Shown here piece after piece: positions 40,408 through 49,808 of a DNA stretch of 64,000 bases (positions within the stretch are counted from its first letter, which is position 1; each line of letters opens with the position of its first letter). Below the pieces are notes generated by a model. It had not been told where the DNA came from. It saw only the letters and a program-made list of their open reading frames with translations, and did not search any database. Source of the DNA: Candidatus Multivoradales bacterium (GTDB taxonomy: Bacteria; Acidobacteriota; Thermoanaerobaculia; Multivoradales; J023); the NCBI GenBank assembly GCA_965248925.1, contig CBDFLE010000005.1, positions 576,001-640,000 on the forward strand, read 5' to 3'. Position numbers and translations under genes: made by a program.

Positions 40408-40995
40408 ATGAGTCGCACATCCCCCCTCAAGGTCGCCGCCACCGTCCTAGCGATGGTTGCGGTGGCGGTCCTAGGTCTTGCCCTGGGCAAGCGAATGGGA
40501 CAGCGCCAGATTGCCCCGGAGAGCGCCACCTTCCAGTTGCCAGAGGTCATCTTGAAGCCCGGTGCCCAGCTGCCGGAGGTAGCGCTGAGCGCCCCTGCCG
40601 GTGAACAGCTCAGCAGCTTGCAGTTGCTAGCAGAGTCCGGTGCAGTGGTGCTGTTCCTGGACCTCGACTGTTCCCCCTGCACCGAGGCCGTGGGCCGCTG
40701 GCAAGTGGCTCTCGACGAGGCGACCTTGGGTGACGGCCAATGGCTGGAGCAGGTGGATCCCCGCTTGCCGTTGATCGGCATTACCCGCGACGCGATCGAC
40801 CGCATTGCCCCCTATCGTGCTCTGCACGGCTTGACTTTTCCCATTTATCACGATGCTGGCGCACGCCTGCGCGACGATTACTTGATTCAGTCTTTCCCCT
40901 TCTACGTGGTGGCCGCTCGCGACGGCAAGGTGCTCGCCAACGGCGTCGACCAGGTGCTCGCCGCAGACCAGCTAGAGCGGCTGCTGATTCCCTGA
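40408..40995 (+). CDS. Membrane-anchored TlpA/ResA/MauD-like thiol-disulfide oxidoreductase
   Basis: N-terminal TM, PGAQLPEVAL, VVLFLDLDCSPC (CxxC) and cis-Pro FPFYVVAARDGKV. Confidence 0.82.
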   Translation: MSRTSPLKVAATVLAMVAVAVLGLALGKRMGQRQIAPESATFQLPEVILKPGAQLPEVALSAPAGEQLSSLQLLAESGAVVLFLDLDCSPCTEAVGRWQVALDEATLGDGQWLEQVDPRLPLIGITRDAIDRIAPYRALHGLTFPIYHDAGARLRDDYLIQSFPFYVVAARDGKVLANGVDQVLAADQLERLLIP

Positions 40996-41189
40996 GCAGA
41001 GTTGGGGCGGTGCCGGCAGCAATGTCGCGGAGCAACCATCGACGTGCCGGTGGGTGGGATCCGCCGGTTTGAAGAAGCGGTGTTTCTTGGCTGGCCGGAA
41101 AGTGTGACGATCTCCTAGCTTTTTGTTAGATTCCGGGCTTCGGTCGCGAAGCAGCTCAGATCCTCTTCCGTTTGCAGGAGAATCCCGAG

Positions 41190-42533
41190 ATGGCCAACAC
41201 CATCGTTCTAGGCATGCAGTGGGGCGACGAAGGCAAGGGCAAGATCGTCGATCTGATCGGCCCGGCTTTCGACGCCGTAGCGCGGTACCAGGGAGGCGAC
41301 AACGCTGGTCATACGGTCAAATTCGCGGACCGTCATTTCTCCCTGCACCTGATTCCATCCGGCATCCTGCATCCGCGCCAGCGCTGTGTGTTAGGCAACG
41401 GCATGGTGATCGCGCCCGATGCTTTCTTTGGCGAACTCGAACGTCTGGCAGCAGCCGGAGTAGAGGTTACGGGGCGATTGTTCGTCGCTGAGCGCGCCCA
41501 CGTCATCCTGCCGCACCATGCGGCCCTCGACCGGGCTCGCGAGGCAGCTCGGGGTACCGCCAAGATTGGCACCACGGCGCGCGGTATCGGTCCTGCCTAC
41601 GAGATGAAAGCGGCCCGTTGCGGCCTGCGGGTGGGTGAGCTCGATGGCGTAGCTCTGGAGGAAAGGCTAGCGGCACAGCTCGATCGTGCCTTGCCCGAAC
41701 TCGAGCGCCTTGGCGGCGAGCCAGTGCCGACGTTAGCCGAGCTGCTAGTGCAATGCCGAGCTTGGGCGGAGCGCCTGCGGCCCTACGTTTGCGACGGCGC
41801 GCGGTTACTCAATCGCTGGATTGCCGAAGGCAAGGGAGTGCTCTTCGAGGGCGCCCAGGGTGCCTTGCTCGATCTCGATCAAGGCACCTATCCCTACGTC
41901 ACCAGCTCGAACACCATAGCTGGCGGAGTCTGTACCGGCGCCGGGGTACCGCCGGGGCGCATCGACGGGGCCATCGGAGTGATCAAGGCCTACACCACCA
42001 GGGTGGGCGGGGGCCCCTTCACCAGCGAACTCGACGATGAGACTGGCGAGCACCTACGCGACCGGGGCCAAGAATTTGGCACCACTACAGGTCGTCCACG
42101 GCGCTGCGGCTGGTTCGACGCCGTGGCCGCCAGGCACGCCCAGTTGCTCAACGGCATCGACGTCATGGCGCTGACCAAGCTCGATGTGCTCGACCAGCTC
42201 GACGAGATCAAGATCTGCACCGCTTATCGGTATCGCGGCCAAGAGCTGCAAGATTTCCCCGCCGATGTGGCGGTGCTGGCCGAAGCCGAGCCGGTGTGCG
42301 TCACGGTTCCCGGATGGCGCCAAGAGACCGCCGGCACTCGCGACACCGTCGATCTACCGCCAGCGGCCCGCGACTACATCAGTCGGCTCGAAGACCTGGT
42401 CGGGGTGCCGGTTGGCCTGATATCCACCGGCCCGCGCCGCGAGGAGACCCTGCTGCGACCGATCGCCGTCTTCGATAAGCTCCTCGGTGGCCGTCTAGAC
42501 CTCATTCTCGACCACCGCGATAGCGGATCCTGA
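41190..42533 (+). CDS. purA: Adenylosuccinate synthetase
   Basis: QWGDEGKGK, NAGHT, EGAQG, GTYPYVTSS and GTTTGRPRRCGWFD. Confidence 0.98.
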   Translation: MANTIVLGMQWGDEGKGKIVDLIGPAFDAVARYQGGDNAGHTVKFADRHFSLHLIPSGILHPRQRCVLGNGMVIAPDAFFGELERLAAAGVEVTGRLFVAERAHVILPHHAALDRAREAARGTAKIGTTARGIGPAYEMKAARCGLRVGELDGVALEERLAAQLDRALPELERLGGEPVPTLAELLVQCRAWAERLRPYVCDGARLLNRWIAEGKGVLFEGAQGALLDLDQGTYPYVTSSNTIAGGVCTGAGVPPGRIDGAIGVIKAYTTRVGGGPFTSELDDETGEHLRDRGQEFGTTTGRPRRCGWFDAVAARHAQLLNGIDVMALTKLDVLDQLDEIKICTAYRYRGQELQDFPADVAVLAEAEPVCVTVPGWRQETAGTRDTVDLPPAARDYISRLEDLVGVPVGLISTGPRREETLLRPIAVFDKLLGGRLDLILDHRDSGS

Positions 42534-42608
42534 GTGAGCGTCGTAGAATTTCCCTCTTGAGAGAGATGACTCCGGGGAGCGACCTTCGGTATACTCCCGC
42601 GTCTCGGT

Positions 42609-42684
42609 GGGCCGTTAGCTCAGTTGGTAGAGCAGCGGACTTTTAATCCGCGGGTCATAGGTTCGATCCCTATACGGCCTACCA
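42609..42684 (+). tRNA. tRNA-Lys (anticodon TTT)
   Basis: Cloverleaf with GGGCCGT/ACGGCCT acceptor, GCGGA-CTTTTAA-TCCGC anticodon arm, GTTCGAT T-loop and encoded CCA; TATACT -10 at 42590. Confidence 0.97.
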
Positions 42685-42826
42685 CCTAACTCTTTTATAA
42701 TCAGTTGTTTATGTGGTGCCGCCGAGAAGGCATCCGGCGCCTGCTGTGTTTCGGTAAGCAAACGGTAAGCAGTGTGAATAACAGCTTGGCGCGTTGTGGA
42801 GAAGGTATCGAAGGCGCTACGCCTAC

Positions 42827-43138
42827 TCACGGCGCAGCAAAGGCTGTGAGCTTCTCTCGCACGTTTCCGAGTAGCTCTTGGGTGAGCTGGCGCTTCTTGA
42901 TCGCCGTCGTCCAGAGTGAAAGCGCCGCCAACGCTTCTCGTTCGACGGAGAGCGCTCGGAAGCAGCGGTAGGTGTCAGCCGCAAGCCGTGCCATATCTTC
43001 ACCGCGACCGTGCTGGAGGTAAAGTCCTGCCAAGTCGAGCGAGATTACGCCGACATGGTAGGTGGCAGACATGCTGATGAGCTGCTGCCGAGCTTTTCGT
43101 AGCAGCAGCTCGGCCTTGCCAGCGGTGCCAAGCTTGGC
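42827..43138 (-). pseudogene. 3' fragment of a TPR-like helical protein, truncated by IS256
   Basis: The frame stays open right up to the IS end (AKLGTAGKAELLLRKARQ...YHVGVISLDLAGLYLQHGR...REALAAL); no native 5' part is present. Confidence 0.7.
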
Positions 43139-44518
43139 GAGTTATGGTCAAGAGTTGTGTATGGAGGATCAGGCGGCGATCCTGTCTTCTCGGATTCCAT
43201 CGACAAATCTGACACCTCGAATGACATCGGCAAGTAGCTTGTAGCCTCGGAGTCGATGCCATCGTTTCTCGGCGCTCTGGCAGAGCTTGAAGACCATTGT
43301 CAGCATCGTTTGACGCGACAGGCAGCCGCGTGTTCTCGCAGTTCTCAGCCGCACGGTTGCGAAGGTCGACTCGATGGGGTTGGTGGTGCGCAGGTGGGTC
43401 CAGTGTTCGGCCGGAAAATCATAGAACGCGAGTAGCTCGGTGCGGTCCTTTTCCAGGCAGGTAGCCACCTTCGGGTACTTGGCCTCGTAGATGCGCAAGA
43501 AGCCGTCAAAAGCCTCCTCGGCGTTCTCGCGGGACTCTGCCATCCAGATCTCATGTAGGGCTTGCTTGGCCTTCGGCTGCACCGACTTGGGCAAGTAGTT
43601 CAGGATGTTCCCCGTCTTGTGTACCCAGCAGCGTTGCTTCTTCGTGTTGCCCCAGACCTGAGCGAGGGCCTTCCAGAAGCCGAGTGCTCCATCGCCAATG
43701 GCCAGCTCGGGTTCAGTAGTGAGACCGTGAGTTTCGAGGCCGCGCAGCATCTCCAGCCATGAGGCTTCGCTCTCGCGATAGCCATCCTCGACGGCGATCA
43801 GTTCCTTCTTGCCGTCTTCCGTGGCCCCGATGAGCACCAACAGGCACAGCTTGGCGTCTTCGAGACGCGCCTTGCAGTGGATGGCATCGGCCCACACGTA
43901 GACGTAGCGCCTGCCGGTGAGGTCGCGGCCACGCCACGCTCCGTAGTCCTTCATCCAGACCTTTTTCAAGCGGCTGATAGTCGGAGCCGAGAGCCCGGGG
44001 GCATCCGGACCTAGAAGAGCACCGAGGGCTTCTGAGAAGTCACCGGTGGAGCTCCCGCGCAGGTAGCGCCAGGGCAGCAGCTCGCCGACACTCTTCGCGC
44101 GCCGCAGATAGGGCGGTACGATCTTTGAGTGGAACTGAATGCCTTCGCCCTCGATGGCCGCCTGGTCGCGGACGCGAGGGACTCGTACCGGCACACCGCC
44201 AAGGCCCATCTGGATCTCGCGCTCAGGTAGGTAGCCGTTGCGCACCAGGCGTTGGTGCCCAGCCTCGTTGCGCTCCTGCTGATACTCGGTGAGGAAAGAG
44301 CCGACCTCGGCTTCGATGGCCTCTGCGAGCAGCTGCCGGGCGCCAGCGCGAAGAACCTCCGTCAGCGCGTCGCGAGTCTCTTGCGGACGACGCATCGGAA
44401 CTACTGTATTCTCGGCCACGGCGTATCTCCTCGTCGTTGAGGGTGAATCGGACTGTGAAAGTCGATTCAGGATACGCCACCTTTTTTTCTCCTCATACAC
44501 AACTTCCGACCATAGCTC
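43139..44518 (-). mobile_element. IS256-family insertion sequence (1380 bp)
   Basis: Terminal inverted repeats GAGTTATGGTCAAGAGTTGTGTATG and (revcomp) GAGCTATGGTCGGAAGTTGTGTATG flank the transposase. Confidence 0.93.
43169..44419 (-). CDS. IS256-family DDE transposase
   Basis: RNGY, VWAD, IGDGALG, QRCWVH and RTTNPIES motifs; GTG start after GAGGAG. Confidence 0.95.
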   Translation of the reverse strand: MAENTVVPMRRPQETRDALTEVLRAGARQLLAEAIEAEVGSFLTEYQQERNEAGHQRLVRNGYLPEREIQMGLGGVPVRVPRVRDQAAIEGEGIQFHSKIVPPYLRRAKSVGELLPWRYLRGSSTGDFSEALGALLGPDAPGLSAPTISRLKKVWMKDYGAWRGRDLTGRRYVYVWADAIHCKARLEDAKLCLLVLIGATEDGKKELIAVEDGYRESEASWLEMLRGLETHGLTTEPELAIGDGALGFWKALAQVWGNTKKQRCWVHKTGNILNYLPKSVQPKAKQALHEIWMAESRENAEEAFDGFLRIYEAKYPKVATCLEKDRTELLAFYDFPAEHWTHLRTTNPIESTFATVRLRTARTRGCLSRQTMLTMVFKLCQSAEKRWHRLRGYKLLADVIRGVRFVDGIREDRIAA

Positions 44519-46065
44519 CACCAGATGTCGATCACCTGGAAGCCGAAGAAGAGCATCGCCTGCGAAGCTAGAGCCTTGAGCAGGCGACCGATTTGCGTGG
44601 CTGGTTCTTGTTCAACTCGATCACGGCCGGGACCTGGCGAGTTGAAGCAGGAAGACCAGGGCTGTCTACAATTCGGCGCCTGGTAGAGGTGGTCGAGAAC
44701 AGCGAGGTTCGCTTGGATCTGGCACTGGAACCTCTGGTGACGTTGACGCTGGCTGTCGACCCCATCCCACCGGCCCACGAAGTGACCTGGATGGCACAGC
44801 TAGCCGCTCATGCCGGCGGCACAACGCACGAAACGGTGATTGACCAAGGCGGCTTGGCTTTCTTCATTGGCCTGGAACCCGGCGGCTATCGACTGACGAT
44901 TGTTCGTGGAGCTGACGCGAAGGGAGGCGTCCACCACCAAGATATCGAGGTGACGGGTGATCAACTGGTGGAAGTTGGTATTCCCTGGGTCCCGGTGCGA
45001 GGCCGAGTGCTCCTCGGCAACCACCCGCTTGCCGAGGCCGACATCGAGCTGCAGACCGGCGGGCTGGATAGTTGGACATTCCAGTCTGACGACGATGGGC
45101 GTTTTGAAGGCATTGTTCGGCGGCTCGACCGCGGTGTTGTTTTCGCCACCGTCACTACCACCGAGCCGCCGATTCACAGCCGATGGCGGGTTCGGACCTA
45201 CAAGCTCGAAGACGATGGATTGAGTATCGAACTAGTGATGTCCAAGTCCGAGATCACCGGCTGGGTGTCGACCGCGAGCAGAAGCCCCGCTGCTCAAGCT
45301 ACGGTCGTTGCCGAGCACCTGCTCGACCAGGTCGTGGTTCACACCGCCCAGACTGGGACCGACGGCCGCTTTCGCCTTGCCGGTCTTCTACCAGCCCCCT
45401 ATGTGCTTCGAATCAGAAGCCGCAACGGCACGGGTGCAGTGCCAGTCGAGGTCGATTTACGCGACTCAGCCCCCAGCGAAGTCCGACTCGAACTCGTAGA
45501 ATCGCGCCCTTTCACCCTCGCCTTCACGACGCCGGCCGGTCAGCCCCTCGCCGGTGCAAGGATCAACGTTGTTACCTCCAGGCCGGCGGTGACAACAACC
45601 GGCGCTGTTACAGGCCCTGACGGCCGGGCCAAGATTCGCCTTCCCCGAACTGCCCAGCGCGCGGTGCTCGATATCGATTCCGCCAGCAGCCCCCTGGAGT
45701 CGGTCTGTATCGAATTGCCAGCCGCTCCAGACAATGAGCTGGCATTCACCGTCGCCAACACTAGCGGTAAGGTCCGGCTCGACACCAAGGCCGATCCCGC
45801 TTTGCCGCCGCTATCCGCCGGCTCGGTCTGGCTGGTCAACGGCCGCGGCGGCCTGCTGCCAACTCAACGAGCAGTAGGCTCTGATCGCGGGGTGGCCGCG
45901 GGCTCCTACGCGGCGGTGTATCACGCTGGCCCCTCTTGGCGGTTGGCGGATCGAATCTGCGAGCAGCAGGAGAGACCGGGAGTCTCGTGGCAGGTATTGG
46001 CCACTGACTCAAGCTTGCGGCTGACTATCGATCTACGCTCCCAACAACGCCGCGAGCTACGCTGA
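44519..46065 (+). pseudogene. 5'-truncated carboxypeptidase-regulatory-like (beta-sandwich) repeat protein
   Basis: Repeated TDxxGxFx motifs. The frame begins mid-domain at the IS end, has an in-frame TAG at 44569-44571, and has no signal peptide. Confidence 0.7.
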
Positions 46066-46306
46066 AGATCGAGACATTTCAGGTCTGGCGGTAGGACGCT
46101 GGCTCGCTTTCGCCGATGACCCGGTCGCTTTCGAGAGTGATCTTCCGAAAGCTGCTGATGCAGCGGCAGCGGCAGAGGGTGTAGCTCCCGGAGGGCAGCT
46201 TGGAGCCTGCTAGAATCCTGCCGACGGCGGTCGGCCGGGCCTTTGCCTGGCCGGTTGGGCGCCTTGCCGGCGCTCTTGAGATGCAGGATCTTGATTTTAG
46301 GAGGAT

Positions 46307-46783
46307 GTGATGATCTACAAAGCCACTGCGCTATTTGCCTTGATCTTGATCTTCGCCGTCACCGCCGCTAGCGGCCAAGCCAGCAGAGGAGTGGAGCAAC
46401 TGCATCGACAGCAGGGCCGCGGTGAGAAGAGCCTGCTGGCGACCCCCTGGAAAATGGCGGACGAGGCCGAAGGAGTCTTCAAGTTGACCCAAGAGGGCAG
46501 CACGCTGTCGGTGGAGTTCTTGAGCGAACTCGAAATCGAGCGCTTGATGATTGCTGATGTCGAGGTGGAAGTGGACAGCGAAGGGTGCTGGGTCGCGGAA
46601 CTCAAGAAGCCGAAGAAGAGCCCCAAGGTGACCGCGATAATCGGCGACAACAAGCTCTCACTCGATCTCGATCAGCCGGTCTTCCGCAACGGTGTGGCAG
46701 TGCTGGTAGTCGCCGCCAAGGATGGCAAGTTGAAAACCTCTCCCTCGTTCTGGGCCAGCAAGCTGCCGGCCGAGATGCGCTGA
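46307..46783 (+). CDS. Hypothetical exported protein
   Basis: AGGAGG RBS and signal peptide; no recognised domain. Confidence 0.7.
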   Translation: MMIYKATALFALILIFAVTAASGQASRGVEQLHRQQGRGEKSLLATPWKMADEAEGVFKLTQEGSTLSVEFLSELEIERLMIADVEVEVDSEGCWVAELKKPKKSPKVTAIIGDNKLSLDLDQPVFRNGVAVLVVAAKDGKLKTSPSFWASKLPAEMR

Positions 46784-46810
46784 ACCGACTGAGGAGAACC
46801 GAGCCTGCAT

Positions 46811-49732
46811 ATGTCTACTCTGCACAGCTTTCGCGGGCTCGCCCCGCTGCACTGGGCCGTCGTCTTGGGGCTGGTAGTGGCTGCCGCGACCGCCAGCGGC
46901 CAGCCGCGGCCATTGACTTTTGACGATCTGATGCACTTCCGCCAGATCCGCCAGCCGCTGCTGTCAGAAGATGGCAAGTGGTTAGCCTACGGTCTGGAAC
47001 CGGACCGTGGCGATGGCGAGGGTGTGCTGCGTTCCGCCGACGGCCAACAAGTGCATCGCTTGCAGCGGGGCGCCGAACCGCAGCTTTCAGCCGACGGTCG
47101 TTGGGCTGCGTTTGTCATCAAGCCAACTGCCGCGGAGCTGGAAGAGGCAGAGAAGAAGGGCAAGCAGGGGGAGAAGGACAAGAAGTCTGACGCCGCAGAC
47201 GGTGCCAAGGCCGGCATGTCGCTGGTCGACACCAGAAACGGCGGGGTCGAAAGCTATCAACGGGTGGATGGCTTTCAGTTCTCTGACGATGGCGCCTGGC
47301 TGGCCATTCATCATTTCCCAGCCGAGACGTTGGCTGCGGAGGATGAAAGCGAGCTGCCGTCAGTGAGCGGTAGTGGTGAGCAAGCCACCGCCGAATCAGC
47401 TGTCGAGCCAGCTGCCGAGGGCGACCAGGAAGACGCCAGCCCTGAGCCCCGCGGTCACCTGCGTTTGCGCCATCTGCGCAGCGGCAATGAGCTGCTGATC
47501 GAGCAAGTTCGCGAGTTCGCTTTTGACCACCCGGCTGCGGGCGAACCGGCACAGTTTGTGGCCTGGGTGGTCGATGGCCCTGTGACCACCGCCAACGGTC
47601 TGTTTGTCCGACCGCTGCGCCATGATGCCGAGTCGCGGTTATTGGCAGCCGGGGATAAGCGTTGGCAGGGACAGTTGCAGTGGGCCGATGAATGGCCGAG
47701 GCTGGCCTTTCTGCACGGCCACCAGGCTGCCGACGACGAGATCGACCAGGTCGCACTCAGCACCTGGGGAGCGGGCGATACTGCTGCGGCGCTGCGGCTC
47801 GCTGCCGGCGAGGTCCCTACCGGGTGGCGAATTCCAAGCGTCAATGAGCTGCATTGGAGCCGTGACGGCGAGCGGCTGTTCTTCGGCTTCCGGCCGCGGT
47901 CTGACTCGCCCGAGCTGAATTCGAACAGCGAAGATGAAACCGCCGCCGAACCAACGGCGGCAGCCTTCGACCCCTTTGACCAAGATGCTCTGCTAGAGGC
48001 TGCTAAGGTGGATGTCTGGCATTGGGACGACCCCCTCATCAGCCCGCATCAGAAGAAGCGTTGGCAGGAGCGCGACAAAGAGCTGTTCCGCGCCGTGCTC
48101 CACCTTGACGACGGCTCTGTGGTGCAGCTGGCGGACGATGAAATACCGGTGGTGGTGGCGGTCGACAATCCCCGCTTTGCCCTCGGGCGGAGCGATGTCC
48201 CATACCGCAAGCTGATCACCTGGGAAGGGCGCTTCTACGACTATTGGGCGATTGATTTGAGGAACGGCGAACGACGCAAATTTGCCCTCCGGGTCAGCGA
48301 TGACCAGGCCTCCCTTTCGCCCGGCGGCGGCTGGGTGACTTGGTTCCAGAAAGGCCATTGGCAGCTCTACAGCACCGCCACGGGGGTGAGCCGTAACCTC
48401 ACGGAGAGTCTCGAAGTACCCTTCGCCAATGAGGATCACGACTATTCCTATGAAGTTCCAGGCTATGGCGTCGCTGATTGGACCGCCGACGATCAGAGCT
48501 TGCTGCTCTATGACAAATTCGATATCTGGCAATTTTCCACCGACGGCGGCCAGCCTTTGCGCTTGACCTCCGGGCGCGAAGAGCGAGTAAGCCACCGGAT
48601 GATCGACCTCGACGAGCGACAGGAGGGACTGGAAAGTGACCAGGATCTGCTGCTGCTGGCCTACCATGACCGGCTGAAGCACAACGCTTTTGTCGGTGCC
48701 AAGGTGGGGCAGGCCGGTACCAAGATTCTCTTCGAGGCCAACAAGCGTTTGAAATATCGCGGTCGAGCTCGGTACGCCAACAGGCTACTCTTCACCCGCG
48801 AGAGTCATGCTGAATTTCCCGATCTGTGGATTTCCGACCTGAAGCTCGAGGGCCGCCAGCGGTTGTCTCAAGCCAATCCGCAGATGGCTGATTTCGGTTG
48901 GGGAGCACCGGAGTTGGTGCAGTGGACCAGTCTCGATGGCGAACCCCTGCAGGGGGTGCTGATCAAACCAGCGGGCTATCAAGAGGGACAGCGTTACCCG
49001 GTGCTGGTCTACTTCTACCGCTTCTTCTCGCAACGTCTCTATGAGTTTAACGAGCCGGTGATCAACCATCGGCCGAGCTTTCCTCTCTATGCCTCGGACG
49101 GCTATGCGGTCTTCCTCCCTGACACCCGATTCGAAATAGGCAGGCCGGGTCTATCTGCCACTCATTGCCTGGTACCTGGAGTGCAAAAACTGATCGAGAT
49201 GGGCATTGCCGACCCCCAGCGCATCGGCTTGCACGGCCACTCGTGGAGCGGTTACCAAGCGGCCTTTTTGGTCACCCAAACCGATATCTTCGCCGCCGCG
49301 GTGGCCGGGGCGCCAGTGTCGAATATGACCAGTGCCTACGGTGGCATCCGCTACACCTCTGGCCTGGCGCGTCAATTTCAATATGAGCAGGGGCAGAGTC
49401 GGATGGGCGGTAGCCTATGGGAGAAGCCCTGGGCCTACGTCGAGAATTCGCCCCTCTTCTTCGCCGATAAGATCGACACTCCGTTGCTGATCGAATTTGG
49501 CGATAAAGACGGTGCGGTGCCCTGGACTCAGGGTATCGAACTCTACCTGGCGCTGCGACGGCTGGGCAAACCGGCGATTTTTCTGCAATACCGCGGTGAA
49601 GGTCACCACCTGAAGAAGTACGCCAACAAACTCGACTACGCAATCCGTATGAAGGCCTACTTCGACCATTACCTGAAGGGCCAGCCGGCTGCTGCGTGGA
49701 TCACCGATGGCGAACCCTACCAGGGCGATTGA
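46811..49732 (+). CDS. S9 prolyl oligopeptidase-family serine peptidase
   Basis: Signal peptide, propeller repeats, and GHSWSG / DGAV / EGHH catalytic triad. Confidence 0.92.
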   Translation: MSTLHSFRGLAPLHWAVVLGLVVAAATASGQPRPLTFDDLMHFRQIRQPLLSEDGKWLAYGLEPDRGDGEGVLRSADGQQVHRLQRGAEPQLSADGRWAAFVIKPTAAELEEAEKKGKQGEKDKKSDAADGAKAGMSLVDTRNGGVESYQRVDGFQFSDDGAWLAIHHFPAETLAAEDESELPSVSGSGEQATAESAVEPAAEGDQEDASPEPRGHLRLRHLRSGNELLIEQVREFAFDHPAAGEPAQFVAWVVDGPVTTANGLFVRPLRHDAESRLLAAGDKRWQGQLQWADEWPRLAFLHGHQAADDEIDQVALSTWGAGDTAAALRLAAGEVPTGWRIPSVNELHWSRDGERLFFGFRPRSDSPELNSNSEDETAAEPTAAAFDPFDQDALLEAAKVDVWHWDDPLISPHQKKRWQERDKELFRAVLHLDDGSVVQLADDEIPVVVAVDNPRFALGRSDVPYRKLITWEGRFYDYWAIDLRNGERRKFALRVSDDQASLSPGGGWVTWFQKGHWQLYSTATGVSRNLTESLEVPFANEDHDYSYEVPGYGVADWTADDQSLLLYDKFDIWQFSTDGGQPLRLTSGREERVSHRMIDLDERQEGLESDQDLLLLAYHDRLKHNAFVGAKVGQAGTKILFEANKRLKYRGRARYANRLLFTRESHAEFPDLWISDLKLEGRQRLSQANPQMADFGWGAPELVQWTSLDGEPLQGVLIKPAGYQEGQRYPVLVYFYRFFSQRLYEFNEPVINHRPSFPLYASDGYAVFLPDTRFEIGRPGLSATHCLVPGVQKLIEMGIADPQRIGLHGHSWSGYQAAFLVTQTDIFAAAVAGAPVSNMTSAYGGIRYTSGLARQFQYEQGQSRMGGSLWEKPWAYVENSPLFFADKIDTPLLIEFGDKDGAVPWTQGIELYLALRRLGKPAIFLQYRGEGHHLKKYANKLDYAIRMKAYFDHYLKGQPAAAWITDGEPYQGD

Positions 49733-49808
49733 CCGCTGGCCTCGTGTTAGCATGCGGGCGAATTCCGATCGCGCCCCTGACTTCGGTCGGAGCTGGTGAT
49801 GTCGACTG

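Noticed and set aside
44569-44571. In-frame TAG as possible pyrrolysine or readthrough
   Set aside because: It lies in an IS-truncated gene with no pyl genes nearby; pseudogene decay is simpler.
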